A stretch of DNA of 64,000 nucleotides, taken from contig CAWFAD010000011.1 of NCBI GenBank assembly GCA_963813815.1, positions 128,001 to 192,000 on the forward strand, given 5' to 3'. The notes under the pieces are model-generated. The model did no database searches. It was not told the origin of the DNA and saw only the letters and a list, made by a program, of their open reading frames with translations. Positions within the stretch are counted from its first letter, which is position 1, and every line of letters starts with the position of its first letter. The translations under genes were made by a program, and so were the position numbers. The stretch is from an uncultured bacterium (lineage in GTDB: Bacteria; Krumholzibacteriota; Krumholzibacteriia; Krumholzibacteriales; Krumholzibacteriaceae). Positions 61,324-64,000 of the stretch are shown here, piece by piece.

Positions 61324-61659
61324 ATGTCGCAGGCAATCGTGAAGGTCAACGACGATGAGTTTCCGGCGGCGGTTCTCGGCGGCGGTCGCCCGAGCGTCGT
61401 GGACTTCTGGGCCACCTGGTGCGCGCCGTGCCGGCAGCTCGACGGCGTGCTCGAGGACATGGCGCGATCGTACGAGGGCAAGGTGGCCTTCTACAAGGTG
61501 GACGTGAACGAGAGCTCCAGCACCGCGTCGCGCTACGCGGTACGGAGCATTCCGACGCTGCTTTTTTTCGACGGAGGCGAGGTGGTCGATCAGGCGATCG
61601 GCGCCGTTTCGCGCGAGGACATCGAAAGCAAGGTGCGCCGGCTCATCGCCGGGGAATGA
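61324..61659 (+). CDS. trxA: Thioredoxin
   Basis: DFWATWCAPC, KVDVNE, VRSIPTL. Confidence 0.93.
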   Translation: MSQAIVKVNDDEFPAAVLGGGRPSVVDFWATWCAPCRQLDGVLEDMARSYEGKVAFYKVDVNESSSTASRYAVRSIPTLLFFDGGEVVDQAIGAVSREDIESKVRRLIAGE

Positions 61660-61686
61660 GGATCGGGACGCGGAGGAGCGAAACGC

Positions 61687-61937
61687 ATGAGCGGAACCAA
61701 CCATGACGAGGAGCGCATCACCGCGCGCGGACTCCGGTCGCCGGGACCGCTGCTGATCGTGAAAAAGCGGCTCCGCGAAACGGACGCGGGCCGTCTCCGG
61801 GTCATCGTGTCGAGCGCCGAAGCCGCAGAGGAAATCATTTCGTTCCTCGTCGCGCGGGGCGCCCGCGCGGAGGCCGACCGGGCGGGAGACGATTACCACG
61901 TGATCGCCGACCTCAGCGGCTACAAGGACGTGGGTTG

Positions 61938-61938
<1 letters not shown>
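61687..61938 (+). CDS. TusA/SirA-family protein lacking the catalytic Cys
   Basis: ARGLRSPGPLL..KKRL..LRVIV (cf. RGLxCPxP). Confidence 0.7.

Positions 61939-64000
<2,062 letters not shown>

Overview
High-GC bacterial chromosome segment. Gene content and a T9SS/FlgD-like C-terminal domain suggest an FCB-superphylum candidate lineage such as Krumholzibacteriota or Latescibacterota (inference only). Layout: (1) 1-13.8 kb, a surface-glycan region with rmlA/C/D, a GT4 + dTMP-kinase-like + alkaline-phosphatase-family cassette, a WbpB/E/D-like amino-sugar set, a priming transferase, GT4s and a radical SAM enzyme. (2) A SPOR protein, a heavily frameshifted galT, glgA and tRNA-Gly/Cys/Leu. (3) A second glycan-modification operon (GT2, flippase-like, acyltransferase, methyltransferase, FrhB-like) followed by a CCA-adding enzyme. 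(4) A candidate undescribed ~120-nt structured ncRNA with its own promoter and U-tract, a Cys-rich orphan gene, and a solitary dnaK with a sigma54-like promoter. (5) A housekeeping run: tRNA-Val, thrS, infC (AUU start, L20-leader-like RNA), rpmI, rplT, pheST, zapB/zapA, 6S RNA, rny, ymdB, folD, xseAB, ispA, DUF212, dxs, nadK, and recN overlapping tRNA-Arg. (6) An M28 peptidase, then a sigma54/c-di-GMP-linked exopolysaccharide export module with its own histidine kinase and NtrC-type regulator. (7) lptE, holA, trxA, a Cys-less TusA and a partial leuS. No mobile element, integrase or CRISPR array was seen. Several indels look like assembly errors. All calls come from reading motifs by eye; no database searches were run.
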